A stretch of 64,000 nucleotides of DNA from contig NC_082712.1 of NCBI RefSeq assembly GCF_030144855.1, positions 61,442,001-61,506,000 of the forward strand, read 5' to 3'. The position numbers and the translations under genes are program-made. Source of the DNA: Hypanus sabinus (taxonomy: Eukaryota). Shown here piece by piece: positions 1-13,041 of the stretch; the first letter of the stretch is position 1, and each line of letters begins with the position of its first letter. The notes under the pieces are model-generated. The model did no database searches. It had not been told where the DNA came from and saw nothing but the letters and a program-made list of their open reading frames with translations.

Positions 1-1343
1 GATGGTCAAAAGAAGTTGGGAAATATGGACTGGATACCAGAAATGAAGATGGACAACGTTTAGTTGACTTCTGCAAAACCAACTACTTGTTCATCTCAAA
101 CATGTTTTCCAATGACACAAGTGCAGACTGTACACTTGGATCTCTCCCAACTCTCACAGAAACCAAATAGGTTATATCTGTGGAAATCTGCGATGGAGAA
201 GTCGATGAAAACAAAACCTGAAGCTGACTGTGGCTCAGACCACCAACCACTAATATGCAAGCTCAAAGTAAAGCTGAGGAAGTGCAAGACTTTCACCAGA
301 ATAGCAAAATGTGATCTTTAAAATATTCAAAAGATGGCCTGAACTATCGTTTCACTGCTTTAAACACAACCGATAGGACACCAGAGAGATTGTAGGAAAG
401 TATCAAGAATGCTGTACACAAGGAGTGTGAAAAGGGTCTACACGAGGCTAAAAGGCAGTGTAGACTAAACTGGATGAGTGAAGAAACTCTGAAAATTGCA
501 CAGGAAAGAAGAGAAGCCAAAGCAAATCAAAAATGGGTAGCAGTCACAGTCCTCAATCGAGCTTTCCAACAGTCCACTAGGTGAGACAAAGAAAACCGTG
601 ACAATAACATGTGTGAAGAAGTAGAAATGGAAAATAAGGAAGGACAAGATCAGTCTTCCTAAAGCTACGAGAATGGAAGAGAAAATTCCAATATCACATG
701 GGAATGCTGAAAGATGCACAAGGTGTCGTGCTCAATGAATCTGAGAAGATCGAGCAATGATGGAAGGAATACTGTGAATCATTATACCAGAAAGATAAAC
801 TGGATCAGGAATATAATCCTACATCTACAATCGGAGCTGATGATGAAGAAGGAAGAAGTTGAAGGAGAACTGAAAGCCCTACCGAAGCAGGAATGGAATT
901 TTAAATGGAATCAATCAGCTTCAATCAGCAACCAGGAGCAGCTGCTTTAACACTGATGATGCCCTGTCAGCTGATCTGGATGACAATGCCATGGCCAAAT
1001 GAATGGAGGAAATAAGTGTTCTTACCAATTGAAGAAAGGTGATCCGAAGGAGTGTGAAAATTATTGTACAGTCGCCTTCATTCCTCACACCAGCAAGATT
1101 CTTTACTAAAGATCATTCAGAAAAGACTTCAACCTTATTTAGAGCAGAAGCCTCCTGAAGCGGTTTCAGGAAAGGAAGGGGAACAAGATATGTCACTGCA
1201 GATGTGAGATGCATTCTCGAGAAGACAAAAGAATACCTGATGAACATCTGTATGTGCTTTATTGACCACAGCAAGGTCTTCAACTGTGTCAGTCACGACA
1301 AACTATGGATCACATTAAATCGCATGGCTGTACTGGAACATTT
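1..1343 (+). mobile_element. RTE-clade (BovB-like) LINE, degraded; 5' part (APE end, linker, RT start)
   Basis: Broken frames contain ADCGSDHQPLICKLKVKLRK and an IDHSKVFNCVSH RT motif. The frame ...VLEH breaks at ~1343 and resumes at ~9778. Confidence 0.8.
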
Positions 1344-3704
1344 TTCTTGATTGACAATCAAGATTTAAATAGCTCAGACTCAGCAGAAAGCAGCTGATTG
1401 GGCAATCGAGGGCAGGTGACCAAGCAGTTTGAAAAGCTGAAACAAATAAATAGGGTTACCTCAAGTGGAGCGGCCTAAGGAAAGCGGCCAGTGAGTGAGT
1501 GGGCCAGTGAAGGAGTGGAGATTTGAGGCTTTAACGAGAAGAGGCGGAGGACGAGCTTGTTCCCAGTTAGTCTTTACAATGCCTCCTGAGACGGTGATGT
1601 GGCCTCTCCAGTGAGATGTGGCAGTCTTGGGGGAACTCCCCTCTCCTGCAGAGTCACGTCTGCCAGCAGTGCTTGCGGCTGGGCGATCTGGAAGACTGAG
1701 AGGAATCTGGAGCAGCAGCTGGATGACCTTTGACTCATATGGGAGAATGAGGCAGTCATAGATGAGAGCTACAGGGAGGTAGTCACACCTAGGCTGCAGG
1801 AAGCAGGTCATTGGGTGACAGTCAGAGGGGGGAAAGCGAAGGTGAGTAGACAGATAGTGCAGAGCACCCCTGTAGCCATTCCCCTGAATAATAAGTTTAC
1901 CGTCCTGGATACTGTTGGCGAGGATGACCGACCAGGTGTGAGCCACGGTGGCAGGGCCTCTGGCACTGAGTCTGACCCTGTGGAGCAGCAGGATGGGACG
2001 GAGAAGAGGAGAGCTGTCGTCATTGGAGACTCTATAGTCAGGGGAGCAGACAGGAGATTTTGTGGACGTGAGTAGGAAGCAGCATGGTTTGTTGCCTCCC
2101 GGGTGCCAGGGTCCGGGATGTCTCTGACCGGGTGCATGACATCCTGGTACGAGAGGGAAAGCAACCAGAAGTCGTGATACATGTTGGGACCAACGACACA
2201 GGCAGGAAGAGGGATGATGTCCTGAAGTGTGAGTTTCGGGAACTAGGCAGAAGGCTGAAGAACAGGACCTCAAGGGTGGCATTCTCAGGATTGCTGCCAG
2301 TACTACTTGATAGAGATGGTAAGAATTGGAGGAGATGGCAGTTGAATGCGTGGTTGAGGAGTTGGTGCAGGGGGCAGGGTTTTAGATTTTTGGACCATTG
2401 GGATCTCTTCTGGGGAAGGTGGGACCTGTACAGATTGGATGGGTTGCACCTGAACTTGAGGGGGAGCAATATCCTTGCAGGTAGGTTTGCTAGCATGGTT
2501 CGGGAGGGTTTACGCTAATTTGCAAGGGGGATGGGACCTGCAGCGATAGAGCAGTGAAAGAAGTGCATGGAGTAAAGCCAGATCTGACATATAGAGAGGC
2601 TTTGAGGAAAGAGCAGCAGAATAAAGGGTATAAAGGTAGTAAGGTAGAAGGGCTAAAGTGCGTGTACTTCAATGCAAGAAGCATCAAGAACAAAGGTGAT
2701 GAACTGAGAGCTTGGATACATACATGGAATTATGATGTAGTGGCCATTACAGAGACTTGGCTGGCACCAGGGCAGGAATGGATTCTCAATATTCCTGGAT
2801 TTCAGTGCTTTAAAAGGGATAGAGAGGGGGGAAAAGGGGAGGAGGGGTGGCATAACTGGTCAGGGATACTATTACAGCTGCAGAAAGGGTGGGTACTGTA
2901 GCAGGATCCTCTTTTGAGTCAGTATGGGTGGAAGTCAGGAACAGGAAGGGAGCAGTTACTCTACTGGGGGTATTCTATAGGCCCCCTGGTAGCAGCAGAG
3001 ATACTGAGGAGCAGATTGGGAGGCAGATTTTGGAAAGGTGCAAAAATAACAGGGTTGTTATCATGGGTGACTTTAACTTCCCTAATATTGATTGGCACTT
3101 GATTAGTTCCAAGGGTTTAGATGGGGCAGAGATTGTTAAGTGTGTCCAGGATGGATTCCTGTCACAGTATGTTGACAGGCCAACTAGGAGGAATGCCATA
3201 CTAGATCTAGTATTAGGTAACGAACCGGGTCAGGCCACAGATCTGTCAGTGGGTGAGCATCTGGGGGACAGTGATCACCGCTCCCTGACCTTTAGCATTA
3301 TCATGGAAAAGGATAGAATCAGAGAGGACAGGAAAATTTTTAATTGGGGAAGGGCAAATTATGAGGCTATAAGGCTAGAACTTGCGGGTGTGAACTGGGA
3401 TGATGTTTTTTCAGGGAAATGTACTATGGACATGTGCTTGATGTTTAAGGATCTTTTGCAGGATGTTAGGGATAAATTTGTCCCGGTGAGGAAGATAAAG
3501 AATGGTAGGGTGAAGGAACCATGGGTGACAAGTGAAGTGGAAAATCTAGTCAGGTGGAAGAAGGCAGCATACATGAGGTTTAGGAAGCAAGGATCAGATG
3601 GGTCTATTGAGAAATATAGGGTAGCAAGAAAGGAGCTTAAGAAGGGGCTGAGAAGAGCAAGAAGGGGGCATGAGAAGGCCTTGGCGAGTAGGGTAAGGGA
3701 AAAC
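1344..3704 (+). mobile_element. CR1 LINE 'A', 5' part: ORF1 (SGNH esterase) and ORF2 APE domain
   Basis: ORFs 1815-2075 and 2084-2518 have GDSIVRG, HVGTND, DGLHL. ORFs 2554-3728 have YFNARSI, ITETWL, YRPP, GDFN, GDSDH. Interrupted at ...RVREN. Confidence 0.9.
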
Positions 3705-6700
3705 TATAGACAATTGGTGCAGAAGTAGACCATTCGGCCCTTCGAGCCTGCACCGCCATTTTGAGATCTTGGCTGATCAATTACTATCAATACCCGGTTC
3801 CTGCCTTGTCCCTATATCCCTTGATTCCCCTATCCATAAGATACCTATCTAGCTCCTTCTTGAAAGCATCCAGAGAATTGGCCTCCACTACCTTCCGAGG
3901 CAGTGCATTCCAGACCCCCACAACTCTCTGGGAGAAGAAGTTTTTCCTTAACTCTGTCCTAAATGACCTACCCCTTATTCTCAAACCATGCCCTCTGGTA
4001 CTGGACTTCCCCAGCATCTGGAACATATTTCCTGCCTCTATCTTGTCCAATCCCTTAATAATCTGATATGTTGCAATCAGATCCCCTCTCAATCTCCTTA
4101 ATTCCAGCATGTACAAGCCCAGTCTCTCTAACCTCTCTGCGTAAGACAGTCCAGACATCCCAGGAATTAACCTCGTGAATCTACGCTGCACTGCCTCTAC
4201 AGCCAGGATGTCCTTCCTTAACCCTGGAGACCAAAACTGTACACAATACTCCAGGTGTGGTCTCACCAGGGCTCTGTACAAATGCAAGAGGATTACCCTG
4301 CTCTTGTACTCAATTCCCTTTGAAATAAAGGCCAACATTCCATTAGCCTTCTTCACTGCCTGCTGCATTTGCTCATTCACCTTCGGTGACTGATGAACAA
4401 GGACTCCTAGATCTCTTTGTATTTCTCCCTTACCCAACTCTACACTGTTCAGATAACCTGCCTTCCCGTTCTTACTCCCAAAGTGGATAACCTCACATTA
4501 AACGCCATCTGCCAAGTATCTGCCCACTTACCCAGCCTATCCAAGTCACCCTGAATTCTCCTAACATCCTCATCACATGTCACACTGCCACCCAGCTTAG
4601 TATCATCAGCAAACTTGCTGATGTTATTTTCTATGCCTTCATCCAAATTGTTAACGTAAATGGTAAACAGCTGTGGTCCCAATACTGAGCCCTGTGGCAC
4701 CCCACTAGTCACCACCTGCCACTCTGAGAAACACCCATTCACCGTTACCCTTTGCTTTCTATCTGCCAACCAGTTTTCTATCCATGTCAATGCCTTCCCC
4801 CTGATGCCCTGAGCTTTGATTTTACCCACCAGTCTTCTATGTGGGACCTTATCAAATGCCTTCTGAAAATCGAGGTACACTACATCCACTCGATCTCCCC
4901 CGTCTAATTTCCTGGTTCCATCCTCGAAAAACTCCAACAGATTAGTCAAGCATGATTTACCCTTGGTAAATCCATGCTGGCTCGGCCCAATCCTATCACT
5001 GCTATCTAGATATGCCACTATTTGATCCTTAATAATGGACTCTAGCATCTTTCCCACCGCCGATGTCAGGCTGACAGGTAGATAGTTCTCTGTTTTCTCC
5101 CTCCCTCCTTTCTTAAAAAGTGGGTTAACATTAGCCATTCTTCAATCCTCAGGAACTGATCCTGAATCTAAGGAACATTGGAAAATGATTACCAATGCAT
5201 CCGCAATTTCCAGGGCCACCTCCTTTAGTACCCTAGGATGCAGGGACCTTTAGTACTGATGGGACTGAAGGATTTGTCAGCCTTCAGTCCCATCAGTCTT
5301 CTCATCACCGTTTCCTTCCGAATGTCAATCTGTTTCATTTCCTCTGTTACCCTATGTCCTTGGCCCATCCATACATCTGGGAGATTGCTTGTGTCTTCCC
5401 TAGTGAAGACAGATCTAAAGTATTCATTAAATTCTTCTGCCATTTCTCTGTTTCCCATAACAATTTCACCCAATTCATTCTTCAAGGGCCCAACATTGTT
5501 CTTAACTATCTTCTTTCTCTTCACATACCTAAAAAAGCTTTTGCTATCTTCCTTTATATTCCTGGCTAGCTTGCGTTCGTACCTCATTTTTTCTCCCCGT
5601 ATTGTCTTCTTAGTTAATTTCTGTTGTTCCTTAAAAACTTCCCAATCATCTGTCCTCCCACTCACCTTAGCTCTGTCATATTTCCTTTTTTTTTAATGCT
5701 ATGCAGTCTCTGACTTCCTTTGTCAACCACTGTGGCCCCTTTCCCCCCTTTGGATCCTTCCTTCTCTGGGGGATGAACTGATTTTGCACCTTGTGCATTA
5801 TTCCCAAGAATACCTGCCATTGCTGTTCCACTGTCTTTTCTGCTAGGCTATCCGTCCAGTCAACTTTGGCCAGCTCCTCCCTCATGGCTCCATAGTTTCC
5901 CCTGTTCATCCACAACACTGACACCTCCGATCTGCCCTTATCCTTCTCAAATTGCAGATAAAAGCTTATCATATTGTGATCACTACCTCCTAATGGCTCC
6001 TTTACTACGAGATCGCTTATCAAATCCTATTCATTACATAACACTAAATCCAGAAGAGTCTTGTCCCTGGTCGGCTCTCGTACAAGCTGTTCCAAGAATG
6101 CATCCTGTAGGCACTCTACAAACTCCCTATCCTGTGGTCCAGCACCAACCTGATTCTCCCAGTTCACCTGCATGTTGAAATCCCCCATAACTACTGCGAC
6201 ATTACCTTTGCTACATGCCAATGTTAACTCCCTATTCAACTTGCACCCAACATCCATGCTACTGTTTGGTGGCCTGTAGACAACACCTATTTGGGTCCTT
6301 TTACCCTTACTGTTCCTCAGTTCTATCCACACAGACTCTACTTCTCCTGACCCTATGTCCCCCCTTGCAAAGGACTGAATCTCATTCCTCACCAACAGGG
6401 CCACCCCACCTCCTCTGCCCACATTTCTGTCCCTACGATAGCATGTATACCCTTGTACATTCATTTCCCAGATCTGATCTTCTTGCAGCCATGTCTCCAT
6501 TATCCCAACAACATCATAGTTACTCATTCGCACCTGCGCTTCAAGCTCATCCGCCTTATTTCTGACACTTTGTGCATCCAGATATAGAATTTTTAGCCCA
6601 TTTCTCCTCTCTCTGTTTGAATCGCTGCCTATTGTGCTTAACCCAGCTCCCCAAACTCCCATCGGGCTATACGCCCCTAGAATTTTGTTGTCCTTCCTAA

Positions 6701-7985
6701 ATTTACTTATTCTTTCAACACATTTAACTCCATGTTCCGTCAGACGATCCCTCTGTACATGAGTCCTCCTTATCACTTGTTCCACCCCACCTTCCTCTAC
6801 TACACACTTAATATTCCGGAACTGTGTAGTCCCCACCTGTCCTTTATTCTTCATCTCGCTATCCTCTCTCACATTCTGGATCCCCGCCCCATGCAAATTT
6901 AGTTTAAACCCCCCCCCCCCAAAAAAGCATTAGCAAACTTCCCTGCAAGAATATTAGTACCGCTCCAGTTCAGGTGTAAACCATCCCTTTGGATCAGATC
7001 CCACCTTCCCTGGAACAAAGCCCAATTATCTACAAACCTGAAGCCCTCCCTCCTGCACCATCCTCTCAGCCACGTATTAATCCTTATAATCCTTCTGTTC
7101 CTTGCCTCACTCGCACGTGGCAGGTAGCAATCCTGAGATTGTTACCCTGGAGGTCCTGCTCTTCAGCTTCACACCTAACTCCCTGAACTCCCTACACAGG
7201 ACCCCCTCACTCATCCTACCCACGTCATTGATCCCTACATGGACCACAACATCTGGATTCTTGCCCTCCCTCTCGAGAATAACCTGCACCTGATCTGAGA
7301 TGTCTCGGACCCCGGCACCAGGGAAGCAACATACCATCCGAGACTCCTGATCTTCCCCACAAAATCTCCTATCCGCCCCCCTGACTATAGAATCCCCTAT
7401 CAGTACCACTCTCTTCTCTTCCCTCCTCCCCTTCCTAGTCAAGGGTCCAACCTCAGTGCCAGAGACAGGACCACTGCAGCTTATTCCTGGTAGGTCATCC
7501 CCACCAACAGTATCCAAAACGGTATACTTATTGTTGATGGGAATGGCCACAGCGGTGCTCTGCTCTCTCTGTCTGCTCCCCCTGCCTCTCTTGACTGTCA
7601 CCCATTTGCCTACCTCCTGTCTTTTCAGTGTGACTGCCTCCTGATAACTCTTATCTATCTCTGCCTCTGCCTCCCGAATGATCCATAGTTCATCCAGCTC
7701 CTGCTCCAATTCCCTAACTCGGTCTGATAGGAGCTGCAGCTGGATGCACCTATTGCAGGTGTGGTCATCAGGGACAACTGTGTTGACCCTGACCTCCCAC
7801 ATACTGCATACGGAGCACACCACTGCTCTAACTGTCTCCCCCATTACCTGATCCTAGATTAGTCAGAATAAATGAAAAACAGGCTTCTTGTCGAAGTCCT
7901 CTTGCGCCGAAGCCCGCTGAGCCAAAGCCCAGCACTCTGCTCCTGCGCACTCCGCTGCCCGCTCCTGAAAGTGGGTCGCTTTTTA
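3705..7985 (-). mobile_element. CR1 LINE 'B', near full length, inserted antisense into CR1 'A'
   Basis: Minus ORFs 7107-7844 (Cys motif CSVCSMW...CNRC; GDSIVRG esterase), 6027-6896 (APE), 5676-6023, 5225-5665, 4449-5138 (RT, QGSVLGP, KFADD) and 3787-4437 (C-terminal). Several frameshifts. Confidence 0.9.
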
Positions 7986-9777
7986 AAGCCCAAGGCATTC
8001 TTCAATTATGTGAAGAACAAAAGGATGACAGGAGTGAAGGTAGGACCCAGATTAGACATAAAAGTGTGAAGATGTGCCTGGAGACTGTGGAAGTGAGCGA
8101 GGTCCTCAATGAATACTTCCCTTCGGTATTCACCACTGAGAGGGAACTTGATGACGGTGAGGATAATATGAGTGAGGTTGATGTTCTGGAGCATGGTGAT
8201 ATTGAGGGAGAGGAGGTGTTGGAGTTGTTAAAATACATTAGGACGGATAAGTCCCCGGGGCCTGACGGTATATTCCCCAGGCTGCTCCACAAGGCAAGGG
8301 AAGAGATTGCTGAACCTCTGGCTAGGATCTTTATGACCTTGTTGTCCATGGGAATGATACCAGAGGATTGGGGGGAGGCAAATGTTGTCCCCTTGTTCAA
8401 AAAAGGTAGTAGGGATAGTTCAGGAAATTACAGACCAGTGAGCCTTATGTCTGTGGTGGGAAAGCTGTTGGAAAAGATTCTTAGAGATAGGATCTATGGG
8501 CATGGATTTGTGCCCAAAGTCAGCATGGCTTTGTGAAGGGCAGATCATGCCTAACAAGCCTGATAGAGTTCTTTGGGGAGGTGACTAGGCATATAGATGA
8601 GGGTAGTGCTGTGGATGTGATCTACATGGATTTTAGTAAGGCATTTGACAAGGTTCCACATGGTAGGCTTATTCAGAAAGTCAGAAGGCATGGGATCCAG
8701 GGAAGTTTGGCCAGGTGGCTTCAGAATTGGCTTGCCTGCAGAAGGCAGAGGGTTGTGGTGGAGGGAGTACATTCAGATTTTAGGGTTGTGACTAGTGGTG
8801 TCCCACAAGGATCTGTTCTGGGACCTCTACTTTTTGTGATTTTTATTAACGACCTGGATGTGGGGGTAGAAGGGTGGGTTGGCAAGTTTGCAGATGACAC
8901 AAAGGTTGGTGGTGTTGTAGATAGTGTAGAGGATTGTCAAAGATTGCGGAGAGACATTGATAGGATGCAGAAGTGGGCTGAGAAGTGGCAGATGGAGTTC
9001 AACCCGGAGAAGTGTGAGGTGGTACACTTTGGAAGGACAAACTCCAAGGCAGAGTACAAAGTAAATGGCAGGATACTTGGTAGTGTGGAGGAGCAGAGAG
9101 ATTTGGGGGTACATGTCCACAGATCCCTGAAAGTTGCCTCACAGGTAGATAGGGTAGTTAAGAAAGCTTATGGGGTGTTAGCTTTCATAAGTTGAAGGAT
9201 AGAGTTTAAGAGACACGATGTAATGATGCAGCTCTATAAAACTCTAGTTAGGCCACACTTGGAGTACTGTGTCCAGTTCTAGTCACCTCACTATAGGAAG
9301 GGTGTGGAAGCATTGGAAAGGGTACAGAGGAGATTTACCAGGATGCTGCCTGGTTTAGAGAGAATGGATTATGATCAGCAATTAAGGGAGCTAGGGCTGT
9401 ACTCTTTGGAGAGAAGGAGGATGAGAGGAGACATGATAGAAGTGTACAAGATATTAAGAGGAATAGACAGAGCGGACAGCCAGCGCCTCTTCCCCAGGGC
9501 ACCACTGCTCAGTACAAGAGGACATAGCTTTAAGGTAAGGGGAGGGAAGTTCAAGGGGGATATTAGAGGAAGGTTTTTCACTCAGAGAGTGGTTGGTGCA
9601 TGGAATGCACTGCCTGAGTCAGTGGTGGAGGCAGATACACTAGTGAAATTTAAGAGACTACTAGACAGGTATATGGAGGAATTTAAGTTGGGGTTTATAT
9701 GGGAGGCAGTGTTTAAGGGTCGGCACAACACTGTGGGCTGAATGGCGTGTAACGTGCTGTACTAGTCTATGTTCTAT
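7986..9777 (+). mobile_element. CR1 LINE 'A', 3' part (RT and C-terminus, 3' tail)
   Basis: Resumes as PKAFFNYVKNKR, completing RVREN|PKAFF. ORFs 8066-8536, 8533-9195 (GVPQGSVLGP, KFADD) and 9304-9741; ends ctatgttctat. Confidence 0.9.
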
Positions 9778-10723
9778 TTAATTGATTTTATGTGCAATCT
9801 TTACACCAATCAAGCAGCAGCAGTTTGAACGGAACGAGGAGAACCAGAATGGTTCAGCTTCCATAACGGGGTATGATAATGCTGTATTCCCTCCCCCTGC
9901 CTGTTTAAACAAATCTTTAGAGAAGCAGGGGTATATGAGGAGAATCGAGGGGTGAGACTTGGTGGCAGAATCATCAATAACCTTCATTATGGTGATGACA
10001 CAATACCGGCTGAAAACGAAGAAGACCTGAAGCAACTGCTAAGCAGCAACTAAGAGCATAACCTCAAGATGGACTAAGATTATGACTACTGGCAGCACAA
10101 TCAATTTCAGTCTCAATGGAGAGGAAATTGAAGCGGTTGACACTTTCAACTTACTTGGTGCGATCAATGATTAACACTGAAGTGGTAAGCAGTTAGGAAA
10201 TCCAACGAAGAACCGCCCTTGGCAGAGCGGCCATGAAGAATTTAGAGAAGATCCCCAGGAACATACAAAGGTTCAACTTGTGCAAGCAATGGTTTTCTCA
10301 ATGACATTATATGGATGCTAAAGTTGAAAGAAAAAGGATAGGAAGCATATTGATGTCTTTGAATTGTTGTGCTGGGGAAAAATACTATGCATCTTGTGGA
10401 CCTCTCACAGTACAAATAAATCAGTCCTCAATGAAATCAAACCAAGTCTCCCTCTGGAGGCTCAAATGACGAGACTCAATCTATCTTACTTTGGGCACAT
10501 CATGCAAAGAAACAGCTACCTGGAAAAGGATATCATGCTTGGCAAGGTGGAAGGACAATGGAAGAGAGGAAGGTTGTCAATCAGATGGATGGACACAATG
10601 AGGACAGCTAAGAATGCAACATTATCAGCAATGAGCTGCCTTTGCGAGGGTCAAAACTAATTTAGGCTAACTACCCATAGGGGCTCCATGAGTCGACGAT
10701 GACTTGATGGCGCTTAACAACAA
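9778..10723 (+). mobile_element. RTE-clade LINE, 3' part
   Basis: LIDFMCNLYTNQ continues the left fragment; ORF 10364-10660 has SYFGHIMQRNSYLEKDIMLGKVEG..RGR..IRWMD; ends in an (aac)n-type tail. Confidence 0.8.
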
Positions 10724-12023
10724 CCGAGAAATCATTACTCATGTCATCAGGTTGCATGCTATCCAGACACATGTAACATCAACTGTTTATTCCCCTCCAC
10801 TGATGCTGCCTGGCTTCCTGAGTTTCTCCAGCAGTGCATTGCTCAAGATTTCCAGCAACTCTTGTGTTTACTGTGCAATTTCACCTTCCAATTTCAGATT
10901 CTGAACATCTGAACTATTGATGGAAGCAAAGACTGGTTGGAAGAATGAAACCCACCCCAGCTTTTATATCTATGTGTTCGTTACATATTAACTTTTACAT
11001 ACTAAGTTATAGGGGACATTAGACAGGGGAAATAACTCACTTAGTTCAACAAAACTGCACCATTCTATGTTTGTGGAATCTTAACACTTGCAAAGCAAAT
11101 CTTGATAATGCATACTGCATGTGTTACAGGCTTACAGCAATAATAAAGGGGCACCCGCTCCTTTACAATTCTTTAGCACCTTTAAACCATGGCAGTTCAC
11201 ACAATGGTAGCACAGAATGCAGAAATTCAGCCTATTGAGCGTCTGGACATATTCTGATGGAATAGTCCAATTAATTCCAATTGGAACATATAATATTTTT
11301 CCTGATTTTTTCTTCCTACTTCAAGAATTTATCCAATTCATTGAAAGATATTGTTGAATTTTGTTCCCAGTCCCATTCAGACAGCATGTTCTAGATCATC
11401 AGAACTCACTGAGAGTCACAAGTACTTTTCATCTTTCCACTAGTCCTTTGACTTTAGGTCATAATTTCATTAACATCTAGAATACTCCAAATGGCCCAAT
11501 CCCATTTACCCATCTTTGCACATGCAGATTCTCCCAAACTTGCAGAATTCTACAATTATAAAATCTCTTCTTGTTTTCAAACTTCTTATAGTTCTTTATC
11601 CCACTACACCACCTCAGCCATTCCTGTAACAACCTGCACTATGACAACCCTCCAAAATCTATGAGCTGCTCTAATTCTGGCCTCTGGATTATCTGCTATT
11701 AATCATTATATCATTAAAGACTGGGGACTTAATACTATCGTATTAAGCTTGGGAACTCCCATTCTCATCACCTTAATATCCGCTCTCAAGCCTAAGTGTC
11801 CTCATGCAGATCTTCACATGTTGATGTTTTGTTTCACATGCTTCCTAAGCTTTTGCTGCTATTGATGTTGGTATGCAGTTGACCTCTCCTTCTGCTCTCT
11901 CATGCTCATCTGGAGTCACAAGGTTCTGACTGGTGTGCTTGGGGCAAAAAACAGAAACGTTCTCTTCAGGGAGCTAATCCACCAGCATACAATCACTGGG
12001 ACAGCAACTGAGTTCATATTTAC

Positions 12024-12137
12024 CTGTACCGTTGTCCAGTGCACTACAAGTGTCCATATATTCTGGCTCTTCAGAATACTGGATAACAGACTCCTGGATG
12101 AGAGGCTCCATGGTTAAAGAGCTGTTAGATGCCTCAT
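12024..12137 (-). CDS. DDX58: RIG-I exon 5 (CARD2-helicase linker)
   Basis: ttttctatag|AT...ACAG|gtaaat; 114 nt, phase 1-1. Encodes DEASNSSLTMEPLIQESVIQYSEEPEYMDTCSALDNGT, resembling human IFYQEDPE. Confidence 0.7.
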
Positions 12138-12492
12138 CTATAGAAAAGAGTCCAGAGTTACACAACAGTTTTATAGTCCCACACAATTAAGATGATCCTA
12201 TCTTGGCTCTTACCAAATTAACTAAGGTGATGAGTTCTCTTCAAATCAGTTTCAGGACATGACTCAGCTGGTAAGGCCAGCAATTACTGCCCACCCCAAT
12301 TACCCCTGCACTCTGAAGTGAAAGCTATTTCAAAGGGTAGTCAACGGTCTTGTTCTAGACCTGGCCAAGCCACGTGGAAAGTCAGCAGAACATCTTCCCA
12401 TTGGACATAGAAGAGAAAGTAGAATTAGGCATAAACCCTATGACCCTTTGGGCTGTTCCATCATACAACACAATTAGGTCTTATTGTTAACA

Positions 12493-12718
12493 AGAGAAAA
12501 CTTGCAAATGCTAGAAATCTGAACAACAAACACAAAATGCTGGAGGAGCTCAGCAGACTAGGCAGCATCTATGGAAAATAGTACAGCTGACGTTTCAGGC
12601 CAAGACCCTTCGTCATTCAGGAGTCCTACCGAAGGGTTTCAGTCCAAAGCATCCACTGTACTCTTTTTCATAGATGCTACCTGGTCTGTTGAGTTCCTCC
12701 AGCATTTTGTGTGTGTTT
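12493..12718. repeat. Inverted pair of Penelope-like terminal repeats (hairpin)
   Basis: 12530-12586 is largely the reverse complement of 12656-12712; hammerhead-like remnants lie between the arms. Confidence 0.75.
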
Positions 12719-13041
12719 CTAGGGCTTATCATTGACTTCAATACCATGTTCACACTTCTCCCTCTATGCCACGACCATTTCCTGAATATATTCAATACTT
12801 GGGCTCCACTGCCTCTGGGATCGAGAGTTCCACAGGTTCACCATGTCATCAATGAAGAACTTTCTTACCCTGTATTCTGAGCAGGAAATTGGTGCTAATG
12901 CATTTATGTTCATTTCAGTTTAGTTTTTGGTGTAAGTTATGTATCATTTTAATTAAGTTTATGTAAACTTATGTATGTCATGTACTGTGCTGCTGCAGCA
13001 AAAACTTTCACAGCCTTTATAACCCAGGTATACAGAGCAAC

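Noticed and set aside
1461-2282. 273-aa minus ORF and other antisense ORFs over LINEs and TOPORS
   Set aside because: Shadow frames of CR1 or TOPORS coding sequence with no independent motifs.
11840-11940. Possible extra RIG-I exon after an acceptor-like tract
   Set aside because: There is an in-frame TGA in the required phase and no helicase similarity.
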